Notes: generated from the letters alone by a model not told the origin. A stretch of DNA of 64,000 nucleotides from Parcubacteria group bacterium Gr01-1014_3 (GCA_007376445.1 VMGF01000001.1:316203-380202); one strand, 5' to 3'. Counted from the first letter of the stretch, positions 17,281 through 27,072 are shown. Numbers and translations: made by a program.

Positions 17281-19608
17281 ATGGCATATAATTTTAAGAA
17301 AATTGAGGCGGCTTGGCAGAAAGTTTGGGCAAAAAATAAGCATAAAATTTGGGCCGCGGAGGACCAATCCGTCAAACCGAAGCAATATGTTCTCGATATG
17401 TTCCCGTATCCATCCGGCGAGGGCCTTCACGTCGGTCACGTCGAGGGTTATACCGCTTCCGACGTCTATTCTCGCTTTATGCGGATGAATGGCTACAATG
17501 TCGTCCACCCGATGGGCTGGGATGCCTTTGGACTCCCGGCGGAGAATTACGCTATCAAAACCAAACAGCACCCGGAGAAGGTGGTTAAAAAGAATGTAAA
17601 AAGATTCCAGGAGCAATTACAAAGCCTGGGATTCAGTTATGACTGGCAGAGAGAGATCAACACCACCGATCCGGAATATTATAAATGGACACAGTGGATT
17701 TTCGTGCAACTTTTTAAAAAAGGATTGGCATATGAAGCGGAGCTTCCGGTGAACTGGTGCCCGAAAGATAAAACGGTATTGGCAAACGAAGAGGTGGTTG
17801 ATGGTTGCTGTGAGCGGTGCGGGACGGCCGTGGAACGGCGCAATTTAAAGCAGTGGATTTTAAAGATCACTGCTTACGCCGATCGGTTATTAAATGACTT
17901 AGATGGCTTGGATTGGCCGGAGCGCGTTAAAGAAATGCAAAGAAACTGGATCGGCCGATCCGAGGGAGCCATCATTAAGTTTCAAGTTGTAAGTTCTAAG
18001 TTTCAAATTGAAGTTTTCACTACCCGGCCGGACACGCTCGCCGGTGTCACATATATGGTTCTTGCTCCGGAGCATCCACTGATCGGAAAGCTGGTGGTCA
18101 ACGCGGAAAACGTCAAAGAGATCGAGTCGTATATTCAAAAATCCAAGAACAAGAGCGATCGGGAGCGTCAGGAAAATAAAGAAAAAACTGGCGTGGCCTT
18201 GAAGGGGGTCATGGCCGTAAATCCGATCAGCCAAGAAAAAATTCCGGTCTGGATCGCTGACTATGTGTTGGCCCAATATGGGACGGGCGCGATCATGGCC
18301 GTGCCACAACACGACGAGCGTGACCGGGAATTCGCCGAAGCCTTCCATCTTCCGATTATCGATAAGCCCTTGATAGATAAAGAAACGGCTATCCAAAAGG
18401 CAGGGGGTGTAAAAAAAGTTAATTTTAAATTGCGCGACTGGATTTTTTCCCGTCAGAGATACTGGGGCGAGCCGATCCCGATCATTAAATGCCCGACCTG
18501 TGGCAATCAGCCGGTAGCCGAGGAAGATCTTCCGGTAAAATTACCGAATGTTAAGAATTATGAACCGACCGGTAATGCCGAGTCTCCACTCGCCGCTATA
18601 ACGAAGTGGGTCAATGTGAAATGTCCAAAGTGCGGAGGCGACGCCAAGAGAGAAACGAACACGATGCCGCAGTGGGCCGGTTCGTGCTGGTACTACCTCG
18701 CATATCTTATGCGAGGAATTTCCAATTTCCAATTTCCAATTTCCAAATACAAAGAGGTTTTTGATCATTGGCTTCCGGTGGATTTATATTTGGGCGGCGT
18801 GGAGCACGCCGTGCTTCATCTTTTATACGCGAGATTTTGGCACAAGTTTTTATTTGATATCGGCGTAGTTTCCACCAGTGAACCATTCAAAAAACTTGTG
18901 AATCAGGGACTGATTCTTGGCCCGGACGGACAAAAGATGTCCAAGTCCAAGGGTAACGTAGTCAGTCCAGATGAAATGGTGGAAAAATTCGGAGCTGATT
19001 CACTTCGCCTATACGAAATGTTCATGGGCCCGCTTGAAGACGCGAAACCATGGGATCCGACCGGAATCGTGGGCGTTCACCGGTTCCTCGGCAGGATATA
19101 TAACCTTGCGTTAAAAATCCAAAATCCAAAATCCAAAATCCAAAATTCAAAACTTGATCAACTTTTACACAAAACCATAAAAAAAGTTACCGAGGATATT
19201 CAGGGATTTCATTTCAACACCGCCATCAGCGCTCTTATGATCTTGCTGAACGAGATAGAAAAACAGCCGGAGGCCGCGGCCGCGCATGTACCCACGATCG
19301 CTAAGCTGCTTTTCCCGTTAGCGCCACATTTGGCTCAAGAAGTTTGGAAAATGCTGGGCAACAAAGGCTTGCTGGATCACGAAGAGTGGCCGAAGTATGA
19401 AAAGGCGCTGATTGAAGACGCGGAATTTGAACTGGTCATACAGATCAACGGCAAAGTCCGCGATCACGTGATGGTTAAAAAGGGTATTGGTCAGTCGGAG
19501 GCTGAAAAGCTGACACTGAACCGGGAAATAGTGAAGAAGTGGCTGGAAGGAAAGCCGCCCAAGAAGATTATTTTCGTCAAAGACAGGTTGCTCAACGTAA
19601 TTGTTTAA
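17281..19608 (+). CDS. leuS: leucyl-tRNA synthetase
   Basis: It has PYPSGEGLHVGHVEGY (HIGH) and KMSKSKGN motifs plus a CP1 editing domain. It carries three in-frame repeat-encoded inserts: QVVSSKFQIEV, SNFQFPISKYK and KIQNPKSKIQNSK. Confidence 0.95.
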   Translation: MAYNFKKIEAAWQKVWAKNKHKIWAAEDQSVKPKQYVLDMFPYPSGEGLHVGHVEGYTASDVYSRFMRMNGYNVVHPMGWDAFGLPAENYAIKTKQHPEKVVKKNVKRFQEQLQSLGFSYDWQREINTTDPEYYKWTQWIFVQLFKKGLAYEAELPVNWCPKDKTVLANEEVVDGCCERCGTAVERRNLKQWILKITAYADRLLNDLDGLDWPERVKEMQRNWIGRSEGAIIKFQVVSSKFQIEVFTTRPDTLAGVTYMVLAPEHPLIGKLVVNAENVKEIESYIQKSKNKSDRERQENKEKTGVALKGVMAVNPISQEKIPVWIADYVLAQYGTGAIMAVPQHDERDREFAEAFHLPIIDKPLIDKETAIQKAGGVKKVNFKLRDWIFSRQRYWGEPIPIIKCPTCGNQPVAEEDLPVKLPNVKNYEPTGNAESPLAAITKWVNVKCPKCGGDAKRETNTMPQWAGSCWYYLAYLMRGISNFQFPISKYKEVFDHWLPVDLYLGGVEHAVLHLLYARFWHKFLFDIGVVSTSEPFKKLVNQGLILGPDGQKMSKSKGNVVSPDEMVEKFGADSLRLYEMFMGPLEDAKPWDPTGIVGVHRFLGRIYNLALKIQNPKSKIQNSKLDQLLHKTIKKVTEDIQGFHFNTAISALMILLNEIEKQPEAAAAHVPTIAKLLFPLAPHLAQEVWKMLGNKGLLDHEEWPKYEKALIEDAEFELVIQINGKVRDHVMVKKGIGQSEAEKLTLNREIVKKWLEGKPPKKIIFVKDRLLNVIV

Positions 19609-19647
19609 AACTTGCTGGGCATATCTGGAGTTATATACAATATCCAC

Positions 19648-21468
19648 ATGTGCGGCATAGCTGGTTATATAGGTAAAAAAGAAGGGTTGCCGATAGTGCT
19701 TTCGAATTTACGCAAACTAGAATACAGAGGCTACGACTCCGCGGGCGTGGCCTTTTTTAATTCTGCTAAAGATGCCCGGTGTGAAGTTTTGAAGGCGGTT
19801 GGCAAGCTGGCTAACCTCGAAAAAAGCATCTTAGGCGTAAAATCCTTGCCGTTGACTGCAGTTATTGGCCATACACGCTGGGCGACGCATGGCGTGCCCA
19901 ATGAAGTTAACGCGCACCCGCACACGGATTGTCGCGGAGAGGTGATCTTGGTTCACAACGGCATTATTGAAAATTATCGTCAGCTCAAAGATTCACTTTC
20001 AAAAAAGGGTCATCGATTTCGCTCTCAGACTGACACGGAAGTAGTGGCGCACTTGATCGAGGAGGGCCTGAAAAACGGCCGGAATTTCCCGGCGGCTCTG
20101 GAAATTTCACTTAAACAGATTGTTGGAGCTTACGCGCTCGCTATCATTTATAAAAAAGATCCACATAAAATTTATCTGGCGCGCCTGGGAAGTCCGCTGG
20201 TCGTTGGCGTGGGTAAAGATGAGCATTATATTGCATCTGACCCGACGGCCCTGGCTGGCTTAGTTAAAAAAGTAATTTATCTGAAAGACGGCCAGCGTGG
20301 CGTGCTATCGGTAGATGGATTTGAGATTGGCCCGGCTAGGCCAAAGATCGAGAGTTTGGATCTGAGTCCAGAGCAGGCGCAAAAGGGGAAATTTCCGCAT
20401 TTTATGCTGAAAGAAATTTTTGAAGGTCCGGAGGTACTTCTTTCCGCGCTTCGCGGACGCTTAATGCCGAAAACTAATTCAGTTAAGCTGGGCGGATTGA
20501 GCGAAGTTGAAAGCAAGCTCAAAAAAATAAAAAAATTGGAGATCATCGCTTGTGGCACTTCTTATTATTCCGGCATGGTTGGCGAATTATTTTTTGAAGA
20601 GCTGGCCGACCTGCCCACGGAAGTTTTGCTGGCTTCGGAGTATCGGTATCGCCGTTATCCGGTGAAGCCGGGTACCGCGGCATTATTTATTTCGCAATCC
20701 GGAGAGACGGCGGACACTCTCGCGGCGCTCCGGAAGGCGACCGCTAATAAAATGCTAACCCTGGGCATCGTTAACGCGGTTGGATCCAGCATAGCGCGAG
20801 AAACAATAGCGGGAGTCTATAATCACGCCGGGCCGGAGATTGGCGTGGCTTCCACTAAGGCCTTCCTCTCTCAGCTTGGGGTTCTAGCTCAAATGGCAAT
20901 ATTTTTGAGCGCAAACAAAGCCAAATTGCACAAAGAAGTCATCGCGGAGCTGGCGAACATACCAGCCAAGATCAATACTATTTTGAAAAAAAACGAACAG
21001 ATAAAAGCGCTAGCGCAAAAATATATTAAATATCAGAATTTTATTTATCTTGGCCGTGGACACAACTATCCGACCGCGCTTGAGGGGGCGCTCAAGCTGA
21101 AAGAAATTTCCTATGTGCACGCGGAGGGTTATGCCGGGGGAGAGATGAAGCACGGCCCGATCGCTTTGATTGATGCGGGATTTCCGGTCATCGCGCTCGC
21201 GACTAAGAACCGGGTTTATGAAAAAATGATTTCCAACCTCGAAGAGATCAAGGCTAGGCGCGGACCGATCCTCGCCATCGCTACGGTTGGGGATCGGCAC
21301 ATCGCTAAGTTAGTTGATGATGTTTTCTTTGTGCCAAAGACGCATGAGATGCTCGAACCGCTTCTTAACATCATTCCGCTTCAGTTATTTGCCTACCATT
21401 TCGGCGTTTTGCGTGGCCACGATGTAGATAAGCCTCGAAATTTAGCCAAAAGCGTTACGGTTGAATAA
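19648..21468 (+). CDS. glmS: glutamine--fructose-6-phosphate aminotransferase
   Basis: The true start is probably the ATG at 19648, giving MCGIAGY with Cys2 as nucleophile. The listed ORF begins 12 codons earlier. Two SIS domains are present. Confidence 0.9.
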   Translation: MCGIAGYIGKKEGLPIVLSNLRKLEYRGYDSAGVAFFNSAKDARCEVLKAVGKLANLEKSILGVKSLPLTAVIGHTRWATHGVPNEVNAHPHTDCRGEVILVHNGIIENYRQLKDSLSKKGHRFRSQTDTEVVAHLIEEGLKNGRNFPAALEISLKQIVGAYALAIIYKKDPHKIYLARLGSPLVVGVGKDEHYIASDPTALAGLVKKVIYLKDGQRGVLSVDGFEIGPARPKIESLDLSPEQAQKGKFPHFMLKEIFEGPEVLLSALRGRLMPKTNSVKLGGLSEVESKLKKIKKLEIIACGTSYYSGMVGELFFEELADLPTEVLLASEYRYRRYPVKPGTAALFISQSGETADTLAALRKATANKMLTLGIVNAVGSSIARETIAGVYNHAGPEIGVASTKAFLSQLGVLAQMAIFLSANKAKLHKEVIAELANIPAKINTILKKNEQIKALAQKYIKYQNFIYLGRGHNYPTALEGALKLKEISYVHAEGYAGGEMKHGPIALIDAGFPVIALATKNRVYEKMISNLEEIKARRGPILAIATVGDRHIAKLVDDVFFVPKTHEMLEPLLNIIPLQLFAYHFGVLRGHDVDKPRNLAKSVTVE

Positions 21469-21652
21469 GTTGAGTGGATGCTATAAAATTCACTTTACGG
21501 ACTTTATAGACTTTACGAACTTTCAACTTTTTATTATGACTAAAACTGGTTTATTTTTTATGATGGCCTCGGTCTTTTTTATTTTCGCGGCCTACAAATA
21601 TGCCCCCGCAGTTTTTAGCGAGCATGGCGCGCTGGCGAACGTGATGGAGAGT

Positions 21653-22696
21653 TTATTTACGTTCCGTTAGAACTACTTTCACATTCAAAGCTTTTTTCCC
21701 GCGGAGAACTTTCATAATGAGCGTATCGCCAACTTCTTTTTCCTCCAGAATATCTTGAATAGTGTGCTCGGAGGTGATCATTTCCCCGTCGCATTCCACG
21801 ACCAAGTCTTTTTCTTTAATGCCAGCTTTATGGGCCGGGCTTCCGGGCACGATCGCTTCGGTTTGGGGGATCTGGCCGATAACTAAAGCGCCGTGGTTGG
21901 CTGGGAGTTTCATCTTGTCTTTCAGATTTTCATCCACGCTGACATAGCGGAGACCAAGTAGTGGACGCTTGATGCGTCCGAACTTTTTAAGATCGGCAAG
22001 ATCGCGTTTGGCAAAGTTGATTGGGATCGCGAAGCCGAGGTTTTGCGCGCCGAAAACGATAGCCGAGTTAATGCCGATGGCTTCGCCATTCAAATTGACC
22101 AATGGACCACCGGAGTTGCCGGGATTGATAGCGGCATCAGTTTGAAGAAGGCCGCGTAGTTCTTGCTGCGGAGCGTTTGGTTCACTGGCGGCCCGGATAG
22201 ACCGGCCTAAGCCGGAGATAATACCGGCGGAGACGCTGTTGCGGAAAAGGCCGAGAGCGTTGCCGACGGCGATGGCGGTTTCGCCAAGCTCTACATCATC
22301 AGAATTGCCGAGAGAGATCGTTGGTAGATTTTGGCCAGGCATATCAAGAATAGCCACATCGTCAATCGGATCGCGGGCCAGGACTTTCGCGTTAAACTTT
22401 TTGCCGTCATTCATAATCACGGCGTATTCGGCGTGAGGGTCCACGATAACGTGCTTGTTGGTCAGAATGGTGCCGGTCTTTTCTACGATAAATCCGGAGC
22501 CACCGCCAACTTTGACCATGCCCCGGGCGTCAATTTCTTCGGCTGGGATCTGCGAACGCAAACCGCCATAAGGCAAGAATGGCAAAAGTTCTTTTGGAAC
22601 TTCTTTCTCGAGATCATCCAGGCTTTTGGAGATGATGATTGAAACGACCGCCGGCATTACTTTTTTAATTGCGTCTACGATTGGTGATTTGGTCAT
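21653..22696 (-). CDS. htrA: HtrA/DegP family serine protease with PDZ domain
   Basis: It has the trypsin-like catalytic motif GNSGGPLVN and a C-terminal PDZ domain. Confidence 0.85.
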   Translation of the reverse strand: MTKSPIVDAIKKVMPAVVSIIISKSLDDLEKEVPKELLPFLPYGGLRSQIPAEEIDARGMVKVGGGSGFIVEKTGTILTNKHVIVDPHAEYAVIMNDGKKFNAKVLARDPIDDVAILDMPGQNLPTISLGNSDDVELGETAIAVGNALGLFRNSVSAGIISGLGRSIRAASEPNAPQQELRGLLQTDAAINPGNSGGPLVNLNGEAIGINSAIVFGAQNLGFAIPINFAKRDLADLKKFGRIKRPLLGLRYVSVDENLKDKMKLPANHGALVIGQIPQTEAIVPGSPAHKAGIKEKDLVVECDGEMITSEHTIQDILEEKEVGDTLIMKVLRGKKALNVKVVLTERK

Positions 22697-22796
22697 AGTT
22701 TTTAGTTTATTTTGATTGCTCTTATTATAACAACTTTTTTAGTTAATAAAAAAAGCCCCCGCCACAACTTTGATAGATGTTGGCGGGGGCGCTGAT

Positions 22797-23096
22797 TCAC
22801 TTCCTGACCTTGTACCAGATGGCGATCTGAACTCCGAACTGCGTACCGCTCTGGGTTCGAGAGTAAATATAGATCTTGCCGTCATTTTCCTTCAGCCAGG
22901 CATTCACTTCCTTCTCCAGCTTTTCCATATCGCCAACTCCGGCGGAGAAGATCTTGACCTGCTCAGCTTCTTGGAATTGTTCTGCCTTCGCCTCATCCAT
23001 GGCGCGCAAGGGAACAGGAGCGGCGAATCCGCAGATCGCTACCACTACTACGATAAAGATCAAAGCAATTAGTCCACTCTGCAAGTGGTACTTCAT
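22797..23096 (-). CDS. hypothetical small secreted/membrane protein
   Basis: The N-terminal signal/TM is LIALIFIVVVVAICGFAA. A terminator gcccccgccaca...tgttggcgggggc at about 22755-22795 lies at its 3' end. Confidence 0.4.
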   Translation of the reverse strand: MKYHLQSGLIALIFIVVVVAICGFAAPVPLRAMDEAKAEQFQEAEQVKIFSAGVGDMEKLEKEVNAWLKENDGKIYIYSRTQSGTQFGVQIAIWYKVRK

Positions 23097-23142
23097 CTAA
23101 CACCTCCAAAAGACTATGCGTAATTTAACACTTAAATAATTA

Positions 23143-23814
23143 CTAGTCAATCTTAGAACGCCCGTGATGCTTCCAAAGCTCAATAACGGCTGGAACAACC
23201 GAAATCATAATGATGGCGATCACTACTAATCCAAAGTTATCTTTGATGATCGGAATATTGCCAAAGAAATAACCACCAAAAATGAATAAGCCGATCCAAG
23301 CGATACCGCCGATGATGTTGTAACTTAAAAAGGTTTTATATTCCATTTTGCCGACTCCGGCGATAAAGGGAGCGAAGGTGCGGATGATCGGGACAAAGCG
23401 GGCGAGGATGATCGTTTTTTTGCCATGTTTTTCATAAAATCCTTGTGTACGCTTTAGGTATTCTTCATTGATCAACGGCCGATCTTTTTCAAAAACCCTT
23501 CCTCCTATTTTGTAGCCAGCCCAATAGTTTGCGGTATCACCAAGGATCGCGGCCGCGGTGAGCAGTAAAAATAACCAAACCGGATCAAGGCTAGTTGTAG
23601 CCGCGAGTGCGCCAGCGGCAAAAAGCAAAGAATCGCCAGGCAAGAATGGCGTGACCACGAGGCCGGTTTCTAAAAAGATTATTAAAAATAAAACACCATA
23701 AGCCAGGAGGCCGTAGTCTTGCACTACCACCCCAAGATGCCGATCGATATGGAGAATATATTCAAAGGCGAGTTTAAGAAGTTCCATTAAATGATTATAA
23801 CTGATTTTTGCCAC
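23143..23814 (-). CDS. DedA family membrane protein
   Basis: It has VTPFLPGDSLLFAAGALAA and IPIIRTFAPFIAG, both typical DedA/SNARE-associated motifs. Confidence 0.8.
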   Translation of the reverse strand: MAKISYNHLMELLKLAFEYILHIDRHLGVVVQDYGLLAYGVLFLIIFLETGLVVTPFLPGDSLLFAAGALAATTSLDPVWLFLLLTAAAILGDTANYWAGYKIGGRVFEKDRPLINEEYLKRTQGFYEKHGKKTIILARFVPIIRTFAPFIAGVGKMEYKTFLSYNIIGGIAWIGLFIFGGYFFGNIPIIKDNFGLVVIAIIMISVVPAVIELWKHHGRSKID

Positions 23815-23874
23815 CGCCGTTGGCGGGGCATTGATTTTCCAGCCAATCGCTTCGCTCTTGGGAAAAATCTAATG

Positions 23875-23955
23875 TGCCCAGGGCGGGAGTTGAACCCGCA
23901 CGCCTTTCGGCATACGCACCTCAAGCGTACGCGGCTGCCGTTACGCCACCTGGGC
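23875..23955 (-). tRNA. tRNA-Leu(GAG), type II with long variable arm
   Basis: The reverse complement is GCCCAGG-TG-GCG...CGC-G-TACGC-TTGAGGT-GCGTA-var arm-GCGGG-TTCAACT-CCCGC-CCTGGGC-A. The anticodon loop TTGAGGT gives anticodon GAG. The discriminator is A. Confidence 0.8.
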
Positions 23956-24615
23956 CTATATTATTCCTTGCTTGCCTATTATAGCCAAAGTCCGCTTAAT
24001 TTTCAAATATTTACGCGAGAGATGGGTCGAATGATTTTTATAATAAATTTTTGGCAATAATTTTAAAGATTCCGATTTAGCGTATTTTAAGGCCCGGGCA
24101 GAATTGTTAACACTTTTAGTATAGTGGCCGGTTATTTTTAGATGGTTAAAAATTTGTTTTTGTAGCCAATCAAGGTGCCTTTTGCTCGCAGAAATAAAAC
24201 AAACATAAAACATAAAGCTAGATTTCCAGCGGGGATCCCAATAGGAGTAGAATGTGCCATCGCCATCAAAATGCCCACGAAGGAAGTCCCAGAAATATTT
24301 AACAGGTATGTCTAACTCGCCAAGAGTTTTTGATTTGTTAGGAATCAGTCCTATACCAAGTAGGAACTTGTAGAAATTCACATCACCGAATTGTAGCCGG
24401 GTGACTGTTTTGTGTTTATGCCCGCTCCATTTTTTGCTAATTTTATTTTTGATATTTAAGCACTTTTTAAAATTTTCCAATTGTTCTAAGTCCTGTGACG
24501 TAAAATCAAAATGTCGGCCATCAGGCGACAGATTTCCATCGGTCGTGATTAACCCGATCGCATAGGCGAATTCCGGCGACCATTTAATTTTCACTTTGTT
24601 TTGAGGTTTAGCCAT
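23956..24615 (-). CDS. LAGLIDADG homing endonuclease (double-motif, free-standing)
   Basis: It has two LAGLIDADG motifs, FAYAIGLITTDGNL and FLRGHFDGDGTF, about 100 aa apart in 219 aa. Its stop codon directly abuts the 5' end of tRNA-Leu(GAG) on the same strand. Confidence 0.85.
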   Translation of the reverse strand: MAKPQNKVKIKWSPEFAYAIGLITTDGNLSPDGRHFDFTSQDLEQLENFKKCLNIKNKISKKWSGHKHKTVTRLQFGDVNFYKFLLGIGLIPNKSKTLGELDIPVKYFWDFLRGHFDGDGTFYSYWDPRWKSSFMFYVCFISASKRHLDWLQKQIFNHLKITGHYTKSVNNSARALKYAKSESLKLLPKIYYKNHSTHLSRKYLKIKRTLAIIGKQGII

Positions 24616-24802
24616 TTCTTGTATTATACCTCAAGGTAATAGCGTATGCCAATGGTGGATAATGGCGATTATTTGACGAATTTGAAAATATATGGCAAAA
24701 TGTGCTTGGTATTTTGAAATGGCCCGCCAGAGGCGGGCAGGCTGACTGGAGACCTGGGATGTTCCCGGGGAGACGGTTAGCTACAAAAAAGGAGGTGACC
24801 CA

Positions 24803-25423
24803 ATGGGGAACCTGTTAAGGGAAACGCCGTACTCTGAGATTACGGCAACGCTCGAGGTGCTTCAGAGATTCGGAGTTGAGCGAAAGCATCTTGAAGTGAT
24901 TCGGCAAGACGAGGACTATGCCATTGAAATTGCCCGCGCGATTGTCAACTTGCGTGATCCGACAAGGGTCGCTAGAAAGGTCACTGGTAATTGTTTTGAA
25001 GTTACCATGGATTGTTCTCGGACCCTCGAGCAGATGATAGCCGAGGCTAGGTTTAGCTGGGTCAATCCGGAAATCACCGCGGAGAGATTCCCAGTCAAGG
25101 GAGCCGGCAAATCAAAGGTCTGCGTTGAGCTATTCTCTTACCCAGAGGCCATGACGAGCGAGCTTGTTCTTATAGACCTAGCAATGCGCGGCCTTGAGCC
25201 TGCTCCAATTGAGGTCGGCCTCGCGCTTAGCAGAGAAAATCCTGATCTTCAGCGCCTGTCCCTGATTCCAATGTTTGGTTCCGTCTGGATTGATCCGGGC
25301 AGTATGCGTAAATATGTTCCTACGCTTGGCGGAACTTGGGATGGTGGGCGACGGCTTGATATGATGCTACACAAAAACTATTGGTTTACTCCATGCCGCT
25401 TTCTGGTTCTTCGTAAACCTTAA
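24803..25423 (+). CDS. hypothetical protein
   Basis: It has a strong SD (aaaaaggaggtgaccca). A GC hairpin gcccgccagaggcgggc sits in the leader. A terminator gcccgcaagagaaatcttgcgggcatttttt lies at about 25430-25465. Confidence 0.45.
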   Translation: MGNLLRETPYSEITATLEVLQRFGVERKHLEVIRQDEDYAIEIARAIVNLRDPTRVARKVTGNCFEVTMDCSRTLEQMIAEARFSWVNPEITAERFPVKGAGKSKVCVELFSYPEAMTSELVLIDLAMRGLEPAPIEVGLALSRENPDLQRLSLIPMFGSVWIDPGSMRKYVPTLGGTWDGGRRLDMMLHKNYWFTPCRFLVLRKP

Positions 25424-25479
25424 TATTTTGCCCGCAAGAGAAATCTTGCGGGCATTTTTTATCTCAAAAAACCCACCGC

Positions 25480-25857
25480 TTAGGCGGTGGTTTTTTCTAC
25501 TTCCTTATCTTTGGCGGTAGCGGCTTTTTGCTCTTGGCTAGAGCCGAGCTTCTGGCGGGTTTGTTTCTTGGAGAGATCACGGATGTAATAGATCTTGGAT
25601 CGGCTGACTTTCTTTGGTGAGCTGATGATCTCTACCTTGTCGATCTTCGGAGAATGAATCGGAAAAACTTTTTCCATACCCACGCCAGCCACAGTCGCGC
25701 GGACGGTAAAGGTCGCGCCAGGCTCGGAGCCATGCTTTCTAGCCAAAACCAAGCCCTCAAAGCGGGATAGGCGTTCTTTGTCGCCATCCTTGGTCTTTTC
25801 CCAGACCCGGACCACGGCGCCGGACTTAATCTTCTTCATTACTTCTAAAGACATCAT
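25480..25857 (-). CDS. rplS: 50S ribosomal protein L19
   Basis: It has the L19 signature RFEGLVLARKHGSEPGATFTVRATVAGVGMEKVFPIHSPKIDKVEII and a basic C-terminal extension. A terminator aaaaaacccaccgcttaggcggtggtttttt lies downstream. Confidence 0.9.
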   Translation of the reverse strand: MMSLEVMKKIKSGAVVRVWEKTKDGDKERLSRFEGLVLARKHGSEPGATFTVRATVAGVGMEKVFPIHSPKIDKVEIISSPKKVSRSKIYYIRDLSKKQTRQKLGSSQEQKAATAKDKEVEKTTA

Positions 25858-25890
25858 AATAGGTTATATTCTACCGAATATCGGAAAATT

Positions 25891-27072
25891 TTGCAACATG
25901 TTAATTTGAAGGTAATGAAGACCCTTGTCGACGTACGATTATTGTCCCGGGGTGGAACTTCGGGTATTGAAGAGTACACCCGGAATCTTTTGGGCGCTAT
26001 TTTGAGGCTGGATCAGGAAAATGACTATACTCTTTTCTATAACGCGCTCAGAAAAGAGCCGCTGAACCTGGCCGAGCCGATCGCGAAATATCCAAATCTG
26101 AAGATAGTTGATTGGAAAGTGCCGAACAAAATATTGGATTTTTCCAGCCGGACACTAGGCTGGCCGGCGATTGATAAGCTGATCCCGGCCGATGTGGTCT
26201 TTAGCCCGCACTTTAATATTTTGAAAAGCGCCGAGGCGCCGCGGGTGATCACTTTCCATGACCTCTCATTCCTGCATCATCCGGAGTTTTTTTCTTTCAA
26301 GCAGAGATTTTGGCACTGGCTTCAGGATTATCAACGACAAGCCAAGTCAGCGTCCAAGATCATCGCGGTTTCGGAATTTACCAAGAGTGATCTGGTGAAT
26401 CTGCTGGGTATTCCGGATGAGCGGATCGAGGTGGTTTACTCTGGGATCGATCCGGGGTTTCAGCGTCTGCCCAAAGAGCGGCTGGAGATTTTTCAGCGTG
26501 AGCGGGATCTTTACTATCAGTTTATTTTATATCTCGGCACCATCGAGCCACGGAAAAATGTGGCCGCGATCATCCGGGCTTTCAATATCTTAAAAAAACG
26601 ACCGGGCTATTCTGACTTCCGTCTGGTTTTGGCTGGTAAATTAGGCTGGCTTTACCAGGACGTGCTTAGAGAAATAAGAAATTCGCCCTTTAAAAAAGAC
26701 ATTGTTCTTTGGGGTCCCGTCCGAAGCGGAGAGAGAGTTTTATTGTATAATTTAGCTAGAGCCTTCGTGTACCCATCTTTTTTCGAAGGATTCGGTTTTC
26801 AGCCGCTTGAAGCCCAGGCGAGCGGATGTCCGGTGGTAGTTTCTGACCGGACCTCTCTTCCAGAAGTGGTTGGCGAATCCGCTTTAAAAGTTAATCCCTG
26901 GAACCTGGACGAAATCGCCGGGGCTATCGATCAGGCTGTTGGTGGATCCCGTGAGCGCCTAATCGGCTTAGGCCTAGAGAACATTAAGCGTTTCAGCTGG
27001 GAGAAATCCGCTCAAAAAACCTTAGACATACTCAAGAATGCCCAAAAAGTTTCAAGACATACTCCCTCCTAA
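25891..27072 (+). CDS. glycosyltransferase family 1 (GT4-like)
   Basis: It has the GT1 C-terminal motif EGFGFQPLEAQASGCPVVVSD. Confidence 0.85.
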   Translation: MQHVNLKVMKTLVDVRLLSRGGTSGIEEYTRNLLGAILRLDQENDYTLFYNALRKEPLNLAEPIAKYPNLKIVDWKVPNKILDFSSRTLGWPAIDKLIPADVVFSPHFNILKSAEAPRVITFHDLSFLHHPEFFSFKQRFWHWLQDYQRQAKSASKIIAVSEFTKSDLVNLLGIPDERIEVVYSGIDPGFQRLPKERLEIFQRERDLYYQFILYLGTIEPRKNVAAIIRAFNILKKRPGYSDFRLVLAGKLGWLYQDVLREIRNSPFKKDIVLWGPVRSGERVLLYNLARAFVYPSFFEGFGFQPLEAQASGCPVVVSDRTSLPEVVGESALKVNPWNLDEIAGAIDQAVGGSRERLIGLGLENIKRFSWEKSAQKTLDILKNAQKVSRHTPS

